Notes: generated by a model not told the origin, from the letters alone. A stretch of DNA of 64,000 nucleotides from Pseudomonadota bacterium (GCA_026390445.1 JAPLFX010000031.1:31768-95767); one strand, 5' to 3'. Shown: positions 1-10,055, numbered from the stretch's first letter. A program made the numbers and translations.

Positions 1-149
1 AAGTCCCCCGAAATAGGATGAAAATATGCTAAGTGATGCCGTTTCCAGACATATCAACAAATAGGCCGGGAGTCCAGCCCCACGCCGCTTACAGACCTAG
101 TCTTAACGCAGGATTTTGCATGGCTTCATGTCGTGATGGATCGGCACTT

Positions 150-920
150 TCAGCGTATTTCGACGATGAGAGGCGCATGGTCAGACGGCTTCTCGCCCTC
201 GCGCTCGCCAAGGTCGACGTAACAGCGCATGAGCTTGTCGGCCGTGGGGATGGTCGCAAGGGCTAGGTCGATGCGCAGGCCCTGGTTTCTGGACCAACCT
301 CCGGCCCGGTAGTCCCACCACGTGTAGCCTTCCGTGGCCATGTCCAAACGGCGAAAGGCATCGACTAGGCCGAAGCTCAAAACCTCCTGAAAAGCGGCCC
401 TTTCGGGGCCTGAACAAAGGATCTTGTCACGCCACTGCGCTGGATCATGGACATCCAAATCAGCGGGTGCCACATTAAAGTCGCCAAGTAGTAGCAGGGC
501 ATCCTGCGGTGAGTGATGCCGACGCAGGTAACGGCCCAGCCGCGCTAGCCAGTTCAATTTGTAATAATACTTGTCGGTACCGGTGGCTTGTCCGTTGGGG
601 ACGTAGGCCGACATCACGGTCAATCCAGGAAACCACGCCGTCAGCAGTCGCGCCGCCGGATCGTCAACCCCATCGGCAAAGCCGCGCAATACTTCGACTG
701 GAGGCTGACGACTTAAGATTGCGACGCCGTTGTAGGCCTTTTGACCAAATACTGCTGCATGGTAGCCAGCGGCCGCCACCTCGGCGTGGGGGAAGCCCTC
801 ATCTACGCACTTAAGCTCCTGTAAACAAAGGATATCCGGGGAATGTCTGGCTAGAACTCCAAGCAGGCGTTCCAGCCGGACATTCACCGAATTGACGTTC
901 CAAGTGATGATCTTCTGCAT
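150..920 (-). CDS. xthA: exodeoxyribonuclease III (AP endonuclease, EEP fold)
   Basis: Within ORF 150..1097(-). The conserved N-terminus MQKIITWNVNSVNVRLERLL begins at ATG 920-918. LCLQELK, GDFNVAP and the C-terminal SDHAPLIVEI are ExoIII hallmarks. The 59 upstream codons of the ORF were judged non-coding. Confidence 0.9.
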   Translation of the reverse strand: MQKIITWNVNSVNVRLERLLGVLARHSPDILCLQELKCVDEGFPHAEVAAAGYHAAVFGQKAYNGVAILSRQPPVEVLRGFADGVDDPAARLLTAWFPGLTVMSAYVPNGQATGTDKYYYKLNWLARLGRYLRRHHSPQDALLLLGDFNVAPADLDVHDPAQWRDKILCSGPERAAFQEVLSFGLVDAFRRLDMATEGYTWWDYRAGGWSRNQGLRIDLALATIPTADKLMRCYVDLGEREGEKPSDHAPLIVEIR

Positions 921-999
921 GCGGTCGCCTGCTCCAACTAAAGTTTTGCCGCCTTCTGCCGAACTCCAGGAAGGATGCCTAAGTCCGGGAGATGCCAGG

Positions 1000-1347
1000 A
1001 TGTTAGCGAAAAAAATCAGCGGCCGCAAAAGTCCACGTTCACCAGTCACTCCCTTGGATATCAAGGGACACCTGCTTAAAGCTAATGGCAACCTCACTCA
1101 GGTGGTGGTGGTTTGGAATGTTTCAGACACAGGACTCTGCCTTTGGGTCACAGAGAAGTTTAAAAGCGGCGACCTCATCGCCTTCCAGCTGACCCATCCC
1201 GCCGAGGTGTCGATCGCCTGCAAGGTCCGCTGGGTTCGCACCATCCCTGAGCGCTCGGGCTACCTCCTAGGCCTGGAGTCCGTGGGCGACCGCGCATCGA
1301 TGCGCGCAGTCTATGCGCTTGTGCTGCCACAGACCTCCAAACGCTAA
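1000..1347 (+). CDS. PilZ-domain c-di-GMP binding protein
   Basis: ATG at 1000 inside ORF 892..1347. Both PilZ motifs are visible: RKSPR (RxxxR) and NVSDTG ([DN]xSxxG). Confidence 0.7.
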   Translation: MLAKKISGRKSPRSPVTPLDIKGHLLKANGNLTQVVVVWNVSDTGLCLWVTEKFKSGDLIAFQLTHPAEVSIACKVRWVRTIPERSGYLLGLESVGDRASMRAVYALVLPQTSKR

Positions 1348-1453
1348 GTTCAAGGTCGGGCAAGGCCTGTACTGTGTGTTCTGTGGTTTGCGTGCCCAGC
1401 GATTTCCTTTAGAGTGGACCTTGCATCTAATCGGTAAAAAGGGGCATCGGCCT

Positions 1454-1942
1454 ATGTTTGGCGTTGGCTTTTTTGAAATGGTGATTATCGCGGTCGTCGC
1501 CCTAGTGGTCGTCGGGCCAAAGCGCCTGCCTGAGGTCATGCGCCAAGCGGGGCGTCTGTTCGTCCATGTCCGCCGCACCGCCAACGATGTCCGCACGACC
1601 TTCGACCAGGTCATCCGGGAAGCAGAAGACGAGATCCGGCGCGAGGAAGCCCAGTCCCTGCGCGAGGCCCTGCAGCCGATCCTCGATGCAAAAAAAGACG
1701 TGTCATCCATCATGACTGATGCACACACCACCACGACCGAAGCCCTGGCTCCAACCGGCACCCAGACTTTGGCCCAGGGCCGCAGCCTGGACCAAATGGT
1801 GGCCCCAGCGCCTGACGCAGTGGTCGCTCCGGCCGCAGACTCGCATCTAGAGACGTCTACATCTCCATCAAGGGAATCCTCTGATCTAGAGCCGCCGCAC
1901 CCGCCCAAGCTTCAGGATTCCCCGCCAGACGACAAGGTATAA
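1454..1942 (+). CDS. tatB: twin-arginine translocase subunit TatA/TatB family (TatB-like, 162 aa)
   Basis: MFGVGFFEMVIIAVVALVVVGPKRLPE at ATG 1454 is the Tat TM plus hinge signature. The length and the long acidic/Pro-rich tail fit TatB better than TatA. Confidence 0.75.
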   Translation: MFGVGFFEMVIIAVVALVVVGPKRLPEVMRQAGRLFVHVRRTANDVRTTFDQVIREAEDEIRREEAQSLREALQPILDAKKDVSSIMTDAHTTTTEALAPTGTQTLAQGRSLDQMVAPAPDAVVAPAADSHLETSTSPSRESSDLEPPHPPKLQDSPPDDKV

Positions 1943-1949
1943 GCAGGCC

Positions 1950-3206
1950 ATGGTTAAGGATATCGAGTGCTTTGCCGTTAAACACGGCGTCTATCACTGC
2001 GAGGGGGTACCCCTCACGCACCTCGCCAAGGCCGTCGGCACCCCAGCCTACATTTATTCTCAGAGCGCCCTGGAAGCCAATTGCGCAGGACTGATTCGAG
2101 CCTTCGCTGGCTACCCAACACTGCCCTGCTTTGCGGTTAAAGCGATGAGCAATCTGACGCTCCTGCGCCACATCTTCGGCGCTGGTTTTGGCGCCGACCT
2201 GGTGTCAGGCGGCGAGCTGCAGAGGTCCCTACTGGCCGGAGCCAGGCCGGATCAGATCGTGTTTTCCGGCGTCGGCAAGCAGTCCGAGGAAATCGATCAG
2301 GCTCTAGCCGCCGGCATTTTGATGTTCAACGTTGAATCGCCTTACGAGCTTGATCTAATCGCCACTTTGGCTGGCCAGCGCGGCCTAAGAGCTGCCATCA
2401 GCCTTAGGGTCAATCCGAACATCGATGCCAAAACCAATGCGAAGATTGCGACTGGCTTGTATTCGACGAAGTTCGGCCTGCCCGAAGCGGCGCTGCCGCC
2501 TTTGCTCGACCGTATCGGCCGCGATCCGCGCCTCGAATTGGTTGGCATCGGCTGCCATATCGGCAGTCAAATCGTCGATATCCAGCCACTGCGCGACGCC
2601 GCTAGACAGATGGTGCAGCTTGCCGGTCATCTGCACCAACAAGGTCACAAGCTTCGCTACCTCGACCTGGGCGGCGGCCTCGGTATCCGTTATGACCAGG
2701 AAGTGCCGCCAAGCTTTAGCGACTATGCCGATGCGTTGATAAAAGAGGTCCGCCCGAGCGGCCTTCATTTGATTATCGAACCAGGCCGGGCTTTAGTCGG
2801 CAACACCGCGATTCTTCTGACCAAGGTCCTCGGCGTCAAGACCACACCGGAGCGCCACTTCGTCATCGTCGATGCCGCGATGAACGATCTTATCCGGCCA
2901 ACGCTCTACGGCTCTTACCACGAGATTTGTCCAGTGGTAGCGTCGGAACGTGGCGAAGAAGTCCTCTGTGATTTCGTCGGCCCGATCTGCGAAACCGGCG
3001 ACTTTCTGGCAAAGGAACGGCGAATGCAGCTGCCGGCTGGCGGCGACCTGATGTTTCTCCGCAGCTGCGGTGCCTATGGCGCATCGATGGCGTCGCAGTA
3101 CAACAGCAGGCCACGTGCTCCCGAGGTCCTAGTCAGCGGCACTAGTCACCAAATCGTGCGCCGCAGGGAAACACCTGCAGCCTTGTGGGCCGATGAACTT
3201 GTTTAG
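1950..3206 (+). CDS. lysA: diaminopimelate decarboxylase
   Basis: 418 aa with GTPAYIY, FAVKAMSN (PLP lysine), LGGGLGIRY, EPGRALVG and GPICETGDF, the group IV decarboxylase pattern. It is adjacent to lysC. Confidence 0.9.
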   Translation: MVKDIECFAVKHGVYHCEGVPLTHLAKAVGTPAYIYSQSALEANCAGLIRAFAGYPTLPCFAVKAMSNLTLLRHIFGAGFGADLVSGGELQRSLLAGARPDQIVFSGVGKQSEEIDQALAAGILMFNVESPYELDLIATLAGQRGLRAAISLRVNPNIDAKTNAKIATGLYSTKFGLPEAALPPLLDRIGRDPRLELVGIGCHIGSQIVDIQPLRDAARQMVQLAGHLHQQGHKLRYLDLGGGLGIRYDQEVPPSFSDYADALIKEVRPSGLHLIIEPGRALVGNTAILLTKVLGVKTTPERHFVIVDAAMNDLIRPTLYGSYHEICPVVASERGEEVLCDFVGPICETGDFLAKERRMQLPAGGDLMFLRSCGAYGASMASQYNSRPRAPEVLVSGTSHQIVRRRETPAALWADELV

Positions 3207-3302
3207 CAAAACCGGCGCCAAACCGTTCCAGGCCAAGGCCTGCAAAGCCCGCTGGACGTGACCCTACAGTCCGTGTAGACAAAATCCGCGGCACACCTGG
3301 AG

Positions 3303-4601
3303 GTGTCGCACCTGCCACCTCATCCGATCAAAAAGGCAAGATCCGTGTACGCATCGCTTCCTAAGACCGCCTCGATCGTCCAAAAATACGGGGGCACCTC
3401 CGTTGGCACCGGTGAACGCATCAAAGCAGTCGCCGAACGAATCGCCCGCCAATGGCGGGACGGTTACCACCACCTAGCGATCGTCGTCAGCGCCCAATCC
3501 GGAGAAACCAATCGCCTTGTGGATATGATGCGAAGCGTCAATCCCAATGCCTCCGGCGTCGCTTACGACATGGCCCTCGCTGCTGGCGAACAGGTCAGCG
3601 TCGCTCTTATGTCGGCTGCATTGGAGGCGCAGGGCATCAAGGCGTTGCCGCTGCTAGCGCACCAACTCGGTATTCACACCGACGAGCTGCACGCCAAGGC
3701 CCGCATTCGCCATATCGACACCGACCTCATTGAGCGGGGCTGGGAACGCGGTGCGGTGGCGGTGATTGCTGGCTTTCAAGGCGTCAACAGCGACCACGAA
3801 ATTACGACCCTGGGACGTGGCGGTAGCGACACCAGTGCGGTCGCACTCGCGGTCGCACTAAAAGCTGGATTTTGCGAGATCAATACGGACGTTGATGGTG
3901 TCTACACCGCCGATCCACGCCTGGTGCCATCGGCTCGCTTGATCGAAAGCCTAGAATACGAGACGGCGTTTGAAATGGCGTCGCTTGGCAGCAAGGTGTT
4001 GCATCCACGTTGTGTCGAGTTGGCAGCTAAGTTCCACATGCCGCTCATCGTTCGCAACACCTTTACCTCTGATAGCCACAGAAGGACCCGCATTATGCCC
4101 CAATCGGCCGCAGGCAGCTTAGAAGAACTCGTCGTGTCTGGCGTCACCACGGATCGCCAGATCGCCAAATTGACCTTGACCGGCCTGCGTCAGGATAGCG
4201 CCGTGATCTCCGAGATCTTTCAGTCGCTCGGTGAGCTTGGCATCAACGTCGACATCATCGTCCACGATAAACCGCACGCCGATCAGAGCCTACGCCTTGG
4301 CTTCACGATTGCGTCTAGCGATCTCGACGCGGCCCGCAAGGTGATTGCCGAGCTCGCTGCAAGCAAAGGCTACGATAGCCTAAAAATCGTCGCCGAAGGC
4401 GGCCTGGCCAAAGTGTCCGCAGTCGGGGTTGGCATGCGCAGCTATGCTGGGGTTGCGGGACGCACTTTCAATGCACTGACGTCGCAGGGCATCGTGATTC
4501 ACATGATTTCAACCTCGGAGATCAAAATCTCCGTGGTCGTCGACGAGGCAGAGGCGACGCGCGCGACCCAAGCTTTGCATCGCGAGTTCGTCGGAGACTA
4601 A
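3303..4601 (+). CDS. lysC: aspartate kinase
   Basis: VQKYGGTSVG kinase N-terminus, GRGGSDTSAVALA, and a C-terminal pair of ACT-like regions. The start is uncertain (GTG 3303 or GTG 3345). Confidence 0.9.
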   Translation: MSHLPPHPIKKARSVYASLPKTASIVQKYGGTSVGTGERIKAVAERIARQWRDGYHHLAIVVSAQSGETNRLVDMMRSVNPNASGVAYDMALAAGEQVSVALMSAALEAQGIKALPLLAHQLGIHTDELHAKARIRHIDTDLIERGWERGAVAVIAGFQGVNSDHEITTLGRGGSDTSAVALAVALKAGFCEINTDVDGVYTADPRLVPSARLIESLEYETAFEMASLGSKVLHPRCVELAAKFHMPLIVRNTFTSDSHRRTRIMPQSAAGSLEELVVSGVTTDRQIAKLTLTGLRQDSAVISEIFQSLGELGINVDIIVHDKPHADQSLRLGFTIASSDLDAARKVIAELAASKGYDSLKIVAEGGLAKVSAVGVGMRSYAGVAGRTFNALTSQGIVIHMISTSEIKISVVVDEAEATRATQALHREFVGD

Positions 4602-4602
4602 G

Positions 4603-5262
4603 GTGAGCCAGAGAAAAAAGTTCGATGCTCGCTGCGACCGGTGCTTGATGCGGCGAGAGCTGTGTCTATGCCCGCTGATTCCACGACTTGATCTCGCGAC
4701 CAGAGTGGTCTTGATCATCAGCAAACGCGAGCTGCGGGTGCCGACGAACACCGGCCGGCTGGCCACACTCGCCCTAAGCAACAGCACCATCCTTCGCCAT
4801 GGTGATCAAGAGCACAGCTACGATGTGCGTGATCACCTCATGCCTGGCGCTGTCAGCCTGCTTCTTTACCCCGCTCCCGATGCCATCGTCCTCAGCCCTG
4901 AATTCGCGCGCAGCCTAAATGGGCCCTGCAATCTGATCGTCCCTGATGGTAACTGGCGCCAGACGATCAAAATGCGGCGTCGCGATCCCTATCTGGCGAC
5001 CCTACCGGTGGTGACCTTGCCACCTGGTGAAGCGTCCGGTTACCGCGTCCGACGGGAAAGCAAAGCCGCTGGGCTAGCCACCATCGAAGCCATCGCCAGG
5101 GTGTTAGGCTATCTTGAAGGCTCCCAGGCCCAAATGGCTTTGGAAGAGTTGTTTCAGGCGATGGTGACGCGCACTTTAGCCAGTCGTGGCACACCGCTGC
5201 ACGGCCTCCCGACTATGGCCGTGGGCGCCGAAGGAGACCACCTTGGCGCGCTTGGAGGTTAA
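4603..5262 (+). CDS. DTW-domain protein (tRNA aminocarboxypropyltransferase family)
   Basis: N-terminal Cys cluster CDRCLMRRELCLC and LIVPDGNWRQ, a DTW motif in the variant form DGNW. Confidence 0.7.
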   Translation: MSQRKKFDARCDRCLMRRELCLCPLIPRLDLATRVVLIISKRELRVPTNTGRLATLALSNSTILRHGDQEHSYDVRDHLMPGAVSLLLYPAPDAIVLSPEFARSLNGPCNLIVPDGNWRQTIKMRRRDPYLATLPVVTLPPGEASGYRVRRESKAAGLATIEAIARVLGYLEGSQAQMALEELFQAMVTRTLASRGTPLHGLPTMAVGAEGDHLGALGG

Positions 5263-6157
5263 GCACACCGTACTTGCCGACGACGCTGGCCGAGTCGACG
5301 TTTTAGTCGCACGGCTGATTAAATTCTCACGGTCTCGCGTGCGCGGCCTGATCGACCACGGTGGCGCCTGGATCAACGACCAACCGGTTACAGATGCAGG
5401 CACTCTCGTGGCAAGCGGTGACCACCTGCTGCTTCGCTATGATTCTGAGCGGCGCTACAAAGAAAAGTCAACGCCCCGGCCCACCCGAGGCTTTAGCGTG
5501 GTGTACAGCGACGAACACCTGATCGTCGTCGACAAAGAGTCGGGCATCCTGACCGTGCCTACCGAGCGTCGCGAATCCAACACCCTCGTCGACTTGATCG
5601 CGGGTCACCTGAGCCAAGGCCAGAGACACAGCGCCAAGCTCGGGGTTGTGCACCGCCTTGACCGGGACACGTCTGGTCTACTCGTCTTTGGCCGCAGTGC
5701 TGCAGTAACAGCGCACCTCATCACTCAATTTGCCGCGCGCAAGCCGGAGCGCGAATATGTCGCCATCGTTGCCGGAACGGTCGTCAAAGACTCCGGCGAG
5801 AGGCGCAGCCACCTTCAAACCGACTCCGCTCTAAACCAAAAATCCGCAGCCGTCGGCGAACTAGCCATCACCCACTTCAATGTCCGCCGCCGGTTCAAAG
5901 ACACCACCTTAGTGGGACTGCGCCTAGAAACCGGACGACGCAATCAGATCCGAGTTCACATGGCTGAGATGGGCCACCCGGTTCTTGGCGATCAACGCTA
6001 CCGTGCCGACCAAGCCGCGCACAAAGACTGGCAGTACAAACGCCTGGCTTTGCACGCTCGGTCGCTTGGCTTTGTCCACCCGGTGACGAACCAGATGCTG
6101 CGCTTTGAAGCGCCTATACCAGCAGCATTTACCCGCTTTGAAAGCAGCCAACGCTAG
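5186..6157 (+). CDS. RluA-family pseudouridine synthase with S4-like N-terminus (RluD/RluC-like)
   Basis: HRLDRDTSGLLVFGRS catalytic-Asp motif and GRRNQIRVH. The start is uncertain: the ORF opens at GTG 5186 and overlaps the DTW gene by 77 nt. In-frame TTG codons at 5243 and 5252 are alternatives. Confidence 0.85.
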   Translation: MAHRCTASRLWPWAPKETTLARLEVKHTVLADDAGRVDVLVARLIKFSRSRVRGLIDHGGAWINDQPVTDAGTLVASGDHLLLRYDSERRYKEKSTPRPTRGFSVVYSDEHLIVVDKESGILTVPTERRESNTLVDLIAGHLSQGQRHSAKLGVVHRLDRDTSGLLVFGRSAAVTAHLITQFAARKPEREYVAIVAGTVVKDSGERRSHLQTDSALNQKSAAVGELAITHFNVRRRFKDTTLVGLRLETGRRNQIRVHMAEMGHPVLGDQRYRADQAAHKDWQYKRLALHARSLGFVHPVTNQMLRFEAPIPAAFTRFESSQR

Positions 6158-6175
6158 GTCAGATCAGGGCGTCAT

Positions 6176-6200
6176 AAAGGGCCCGAAAACGAGCCCCTTT
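6176..6200. terminator. putative bidirectional rho-independent terminator between convergent genes
   Basis: Hairpin gggcccg-aaaa-cgagccc (one mismatch), flanked by aaa on one side and ttt on the other. It lies between the pseudouridine synthase stop (6157) and the sodB stop (6220). Confidence 0.5.
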
Positions 6201-6219
6201 GTGTACCAAATAGATGCGA

Positions 6220-6795
6220 TCAAAATTGCTTTTCGACAAAATCCCAGTTCAAGATATCCCAAACACTATTGATAAAGCGCGCCCGGTCGTTGCGGTAATC
6301 GATGTAGTAGGCGTGCTCCCAAACATCCAGGGTGAGCAGTGGCTTATGCCCATGCACCAGGGGGGTTTCCGCGTCTTTGGCCTTTTCGATCGCGAGCGTT
6401 CCGTTGCTTAGTTTGCTCAGCCAAACCCAGCCGGAACCAAAGAGTCCAGTGGCCGCCTCAGAAAACTCGGCTTTAAATTTATCGAAGGAGCCCCACTGCT
6501 GCTCAATCGCCGCCTTGACCTTACCCGAAGGCTTGCTACCTTTTGGCGTCAAGCAGTTGAAGAAGAACGTGTGGTTCCAAATCTGCGCTGCGTTGTTGAA
6601 GATGGGGCCGGTCTTAGTCGTTTTGATGATGTCTTCAAGCGACTTGTTGGCGTGCTCGGTTCCCTGCACCAACTTGTTGAGATTGTCGACATAGCGAAGG
6701 TGATGCTTGCCGTGGTGGTACTCCAAAGTCTCTTTTGAAACGATGGGAGCAAGGGCATCAAGCGCATAAGGGAGTTCGGGAAGTTTAAACGTCAT
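6220..6795 (-). CDS. sodB: superoxide dismutase (Fe type)
   Basis: MTFKLPELPYALDALAP, EYHHGKHH, AAQIWNHTFFF (Fe-type) and DVWEHAYYIDY. Confidence 0.93.
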   Translation of the reverse strand: MTFKLPELPYALDALAPIVSKETLEYHHGKHHLRYVDNLNKLVQGTEHANKSLEDIIKTTKTGPIFNNAAQIWNHTFFFNCLTPKGSKPSGKVKAAIEQQWGSFDKFKAEFSEAATGLFGSGWVWLSKLSNGTLAIEKAKDAETPLVHGHKPLLTLDVWEHAYYIDYRNDRARFINSVWDILNWDFVEKQF

Positions 6796-6835
6796 AGGGC
6801 TTTCCTTTGCTATTGAGAACTTGGCTGAAGCCTAC

Positions 6836-7303
6836 CTATTCTTTGCCAAAGGTACGAATCTTTTTCGTCAAAGCGACGATCTCTTCTGGGCTTAGCACTG
6901 AACTCCAAGGCGCCATCGTTGCACTGAGTCCGACCGAGGCCCCGCCCTTGGTGATGACCTTAATGATGCGGGCGTCGTCGACGCTGGCCTGCCATGCCTT
7001 GTCGTGGAAATTACGTGGTTTAGGCGTTAAAGCCGCGCCACCCGGCCCGTCCCCGTTGCCCTTTGGGCCATGACAGTTAGCGCAAATCGTCGCATAGCGC
7101 TCCTCGGCGTCGACTTTTTGTTCGCCGCCGGCGGCCGGGATCTCTCCGGTCGCGGTCAGCTTCGGAATGGGCTGCTCCGACTGCTTCCACTCTGCCGCGA
7201 ACTTCGCGTTGTTTTTCGAGGGATCATACTGCTCTAAACAAGAGACCAGCAAAAGGGGACAGGCAGCGAGTGCAATCACAGGCACTTTGCGAAGAAAACG
7301 CAT
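6836..7303 (-). CDS. monoheme c-type cytochrome, probable lipoprotein
   Basis: Single heme motif CANCHG (ICANCHGPKGNG). ATG 7303 gives the signal MRFLRKVPVIALAACPLLLVSC with a lipobox. Confidence 0.75.
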   Translation of the reverse strand: MRFLRKVPVIALAACPLLLVSCLEQYDPSKNNAKFAAEWKQSEQPIPKLTATGEIPAAGGEQKVDAEERYATICANCHGPKGNGDGPGGAALTPKPRNFHDKAWQASVDDARIIKVITKGGASVGLSATMAPWSSVLSPEEIVALTKKIRTFGKE

Positions 7304-7367
7304 CAAATAACTCCAAGCCATATCTAGAGCTGCTAACAAAGCACCTGTAGCCTATCAGAGACCCTGC

Positions 7368-8738
7368 CTACTGCCAACGGTAAGCCAACCGGGCATTGAA
7401 CAGCTCCAATTCACTAGTCGCCTTACCGTTCTGGCCATCGTAGTAGACTTGGGCATAGGCTTTGTCGAACGAGGAGTTAAAATACTCCACCGTCAGTGCC
7501 AGGCCGCTGGCCAAGTCCACTCCGGTGCCCAGAGAATACGCGCTTTGATTGATCTGGCTGCGCGGCGGGGCGGTAATACCGGTACAGCGGTGTCCGTCAA
7601 AGCTATCACAGACCTGAAAAGCCTCGACTCCTCCGGTAGTTAGACGCCTTGAGGTAACAGCACCAGCGACAAAGTAGGAGCCGAACATCCGGTATTTGAA
7701 GCCAAAATCGTAGACCGTCCGACGCACCGTGTTCAGCTTGCCGTCTTGTTCAGGAAAAAACGTGTCCGGATCAAAGGAGCACGTCGTATTCTGCTGGAGC
7801 TCGGCCAAGGTTGGATAGCCAGGATGCTGGTGGCCAAGATCGCTGACTAAATTGCGCTGCCAGCTGAGCCCAATCTGCAGGCCCTCGATCCCCGCAAGGG
7901 CGCCGTCAACCACCAGCCCCACCGCATAGCGGCGGGCCGAGTGCCCCTGCTTGGGCTGGACCGCCGGGAGCGAAGTCCCGCACCTTGTGGCGGAGCGCTT
8001 AAGCAAAAACGCCGTCTCTTCGGAACCTGCATCATTCCCGTTCAGTGATAACCCACCTGTCAACCGCAAGCCTGGGAGCAGCGTCGCCTCGGCTTGCAGA
8101 CCAAAATACTGCTGGGGCGTCGCATTGGTGACAGTCTGACCCTCGCCGTCCCCGCCGATCAAGGTAATCCGCACCGGGGTTGGCAGGGTTAAATGATAGG
8201 CAACGGTCAAAGCGGTTTGACGCCATCCACTGCTGCTAAGCGAATTGGCCGTGGCCAACCCACTGACCGATGGGATCAGGGTCGCTCCATCAAAGCTCTG
8301 AATGGCGACTTCAATGTGCGGCCTAGGGATCCAGGTTAAGGCGAATTGGTCGATGATCCACAAGGACGTGTCGCGGGATGTCGGCAGCTGGTCGCGCAGT
8401 GGGGTGTTCATCTTCGCCGAATCCGGGGTTTGGAAGGGGTCGATGCTCAGACGCGCGTAGACCTGCGGCGACACTTGATCGCGTAGACTGACCCGCAGTC
8501 CAGAAATCCGAACACACTCTTGAGTCGAGCCCTTGTCGACATTGAAATTGTGCAAACAGTCAAAGCGTAGACCGAGGGTCGTATCATGCTCCTTGGCTGG
8601 TGCGACGACGCTTGAAGCCTGAGGCTCTTGCGCCACGGCAGCGCTGGCCTGGAGCAACAAACCAAGACCAAATGTCCACTTACCTAGTCCCATCATGCCG
8701 CATCTTTTGCCGCCCAAGCGCCGCAATCGCTGCATCAT
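7368..8738 (-). CDS. hypothetical secreted protein, putative outer-membrane beta-barrel
   Basis: Signal-like N-terminus (...LLLQASAAVAQEP), Gly/aromatic-rich alternating pattern, and C-terminus ...FNARLAYRWQ. It shares local similarity with the upstream ORF. The family is not recognised. Confidence 0.45.
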   Translation of the reverse strand: MMQRLRRLGGKRCGMMGLGKWTFGLGLLLQASAAVAQEPQASSVVAPAKEHDTTLGLRFDCLHNFNVDKGSTQECVRISGLRVSLRDQVSPQVYARLSIDPFQTPDSAKMNTPLRDQLPTSRDTSLWIIDQFALTWIPRPHIEVAIQSFDGATLIPSVSGLATANSLSSSGWRQTALTVAYHLTLPTPVRITLIGGDGEGQTVTNATPQQYFGLQAEATLLPGLRLTGGLSLNGNDAGSEETAFLLKRSATRCGTSLPAVQPKQGHSARRYAVGLVVDGALAGIEGLQIGLSWQRNLVSDLGHQHPGYPTLAELQQNTTCSFDPDTFFPEQDGKLNTVRRTVYDFGFKYRMFGSYFVAGAVTSRRLTTGGVEAFQVCDSFDGHRCTGITAPPRSQINQSAYSLGTGVDLASGLALTVEYFNSSFDKAYAQVYYDGQNGKATSELELFNARLAYRWQ

Positions 8739-8753
8739 GCCCTCCCAAAGAAG

Positions 8754-10055
8754 TTAAGCGTTCTTGTTGAGTTGATAGGTCAGCTCAAGCCCCATTCTGC
8801 TCAGTCCAGAACGATGGACCGTGCCGTCTTGAAAGCCACCGCTCTTGCTATTTGCATCGCGCGCAGTCCGGTATTCCCTTGAAAACAGCAACTGCACCGA
8901 CAGCTCCTCGGCGATGTGACCAAGAATTCCCGCTTCAAGCTCATAGCCGTACAAGCTCTTGCTCGTATCTCTCTGCACATCGCTGGTCCAGCGGTCGCCT
9001 TTACCAAAGTCGATCCCGACTAGTCCCCATAGGTCCTGGGCGACGGCGACGGAGGCAGACAGAGAGCCACTCTGCAAGGTCTGTGGCTCCATTTGGACCC
9101 GGCCGCGGCTGCGCAGGTAGCGCGCCTCAAAGCTCACTTTGGCCTGCCGATCAAGGGCCGCAAACACCTGGGACGCGGCCACTTGCGCGAAGACCTCATC
9201 GTAGCGTCCCTGGCCATCTTGTTGATCGAGAAACCCGAGCAACAGGCTTAATTCCACGCCTTGACCGGGACGCGCTGCAACGCGCAGCGCGGTGCCATAG
9301 TAGGGATCTCGCGCACTAGGAGCGACGTCAAAGGTATCATGCTTTGCGACCAGCGCTTCAGCCCGGTCCTCGTTGCCTTGAAAAAGCGAGAGCTCGGCCG
9401 TCACGCTGGCGGGCTTTGCTCCAATACCACTGGCTCCGGCTCGGTCCGGTTCCTGACTCTGTGGTTGCCATGTCAGGCGCAGGCCAGAAAATTTTGCGGG
9501 AAAGAGGACCTTTAGGCCAAAGCCAAGCAGTTCCGGATAGGCCTGCTCGGCGGGTTGCAGCCCCGCCCAGACGCCAATGCCAAGACTCATCGCCGGTCTC
9601 GGCCGCAGCACCAGCTGATACTCGTCGAGCAACCGCAGCGTTGGCATGGGTTGAAGTCCTCCGTCTCCGCTCCGGGTATCGACTTCACGCACCGGTAGCT
9701 GCGTCCCGCCCGCTTCATCGTGGCGGTTCACGGCGTCAGGCCTGAGCACGAAGTGCATGCTGGCAATGGGCGAAGCCTGATAGCTGAGTCCCAGGGCGAA
9801 CCGGCGCAGACCAGGGGCGCGCGGTTGGGCCGCAGCTGCGAGGGGCGATCCTCCACTCGCAGCGCCGATGCTGCCGACACCATTGCGTGGAGCCGTGAGG
9901 GCATCGAGGTACGTCAGCGCCGCATCGACATCGTAGTTCAAGTTGGCACGGTCGGCCACGGCCACCTGACCAAACAAGCTCAGCGCACAGCCCACTGCGC
10001 CACCGAGGCACCGTCTCACCGTCCTACCAGCCAAGCCTCCGACTAGTCTGCGCAT
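8754..10055 (-). CDS. hypothetical secreted protein, putative outer-membrane beta-barrel (paralog of 7368..8738)
   Basis: The likely start is ATG 10055, giving MRRLVGGLAGRTVRRCLGGAVGCALSLFGQVAVA. LRLLDEYQLVLRPRPAMSLGIG resembles LWIIDQFALTWIPRPHIEVAIQ in the neighbour. The C-terminus is ...GLELTYQLNKNA. Confidence 0.4.
   Translation of the reverse strand: MRRLVGGLAGRTVRRCLGGAVGCALSLFGQVAVADRANLNYDVDAALTYLDALTAPRNGVGSIGAASGGSPLAAAAQPRAPGLRRFALGLSYQASPIASMHFVLRPDAVNRHDEAGGTQLPVREVDTRSGDGGLQPMPTLRLLDEYQLVLRPRPAMSLGIGVWAGLQPAEQAYPELLGFGLKVLFPAKFSGLRLTWQPQSQEPDRAGASGIGAKPASVTAELSLFQGNEDRAEALVAKHDTFDVAPSARDPYYGTALRVAARPGQGVELSLLLGFLDQQDGQGRYDEVFAQVAASQVFAALDRQAKVSFEARYLRSRGRVQMEPQTLQSGSLSASVAVAQDLWGLVGIDFGKGDRWTSDVQRDTSKSLYGYELEAGILGHIAEELSVQLLFSREYRTARDANSKSGGFQDGTVHRSGLSRMGLELTYQLNKNA

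Noticed and set aside
5186-5262. 77-nt overlap between the DTW gene and the pseudouridine synthase ORF as a possible programmed frameshift or fusion
   Set aside because: No slippery sequence is evident. The overlap disappears if the synthase starts at an internal TTG (5243 or 5252), so it is more likely a start-codon call issue.
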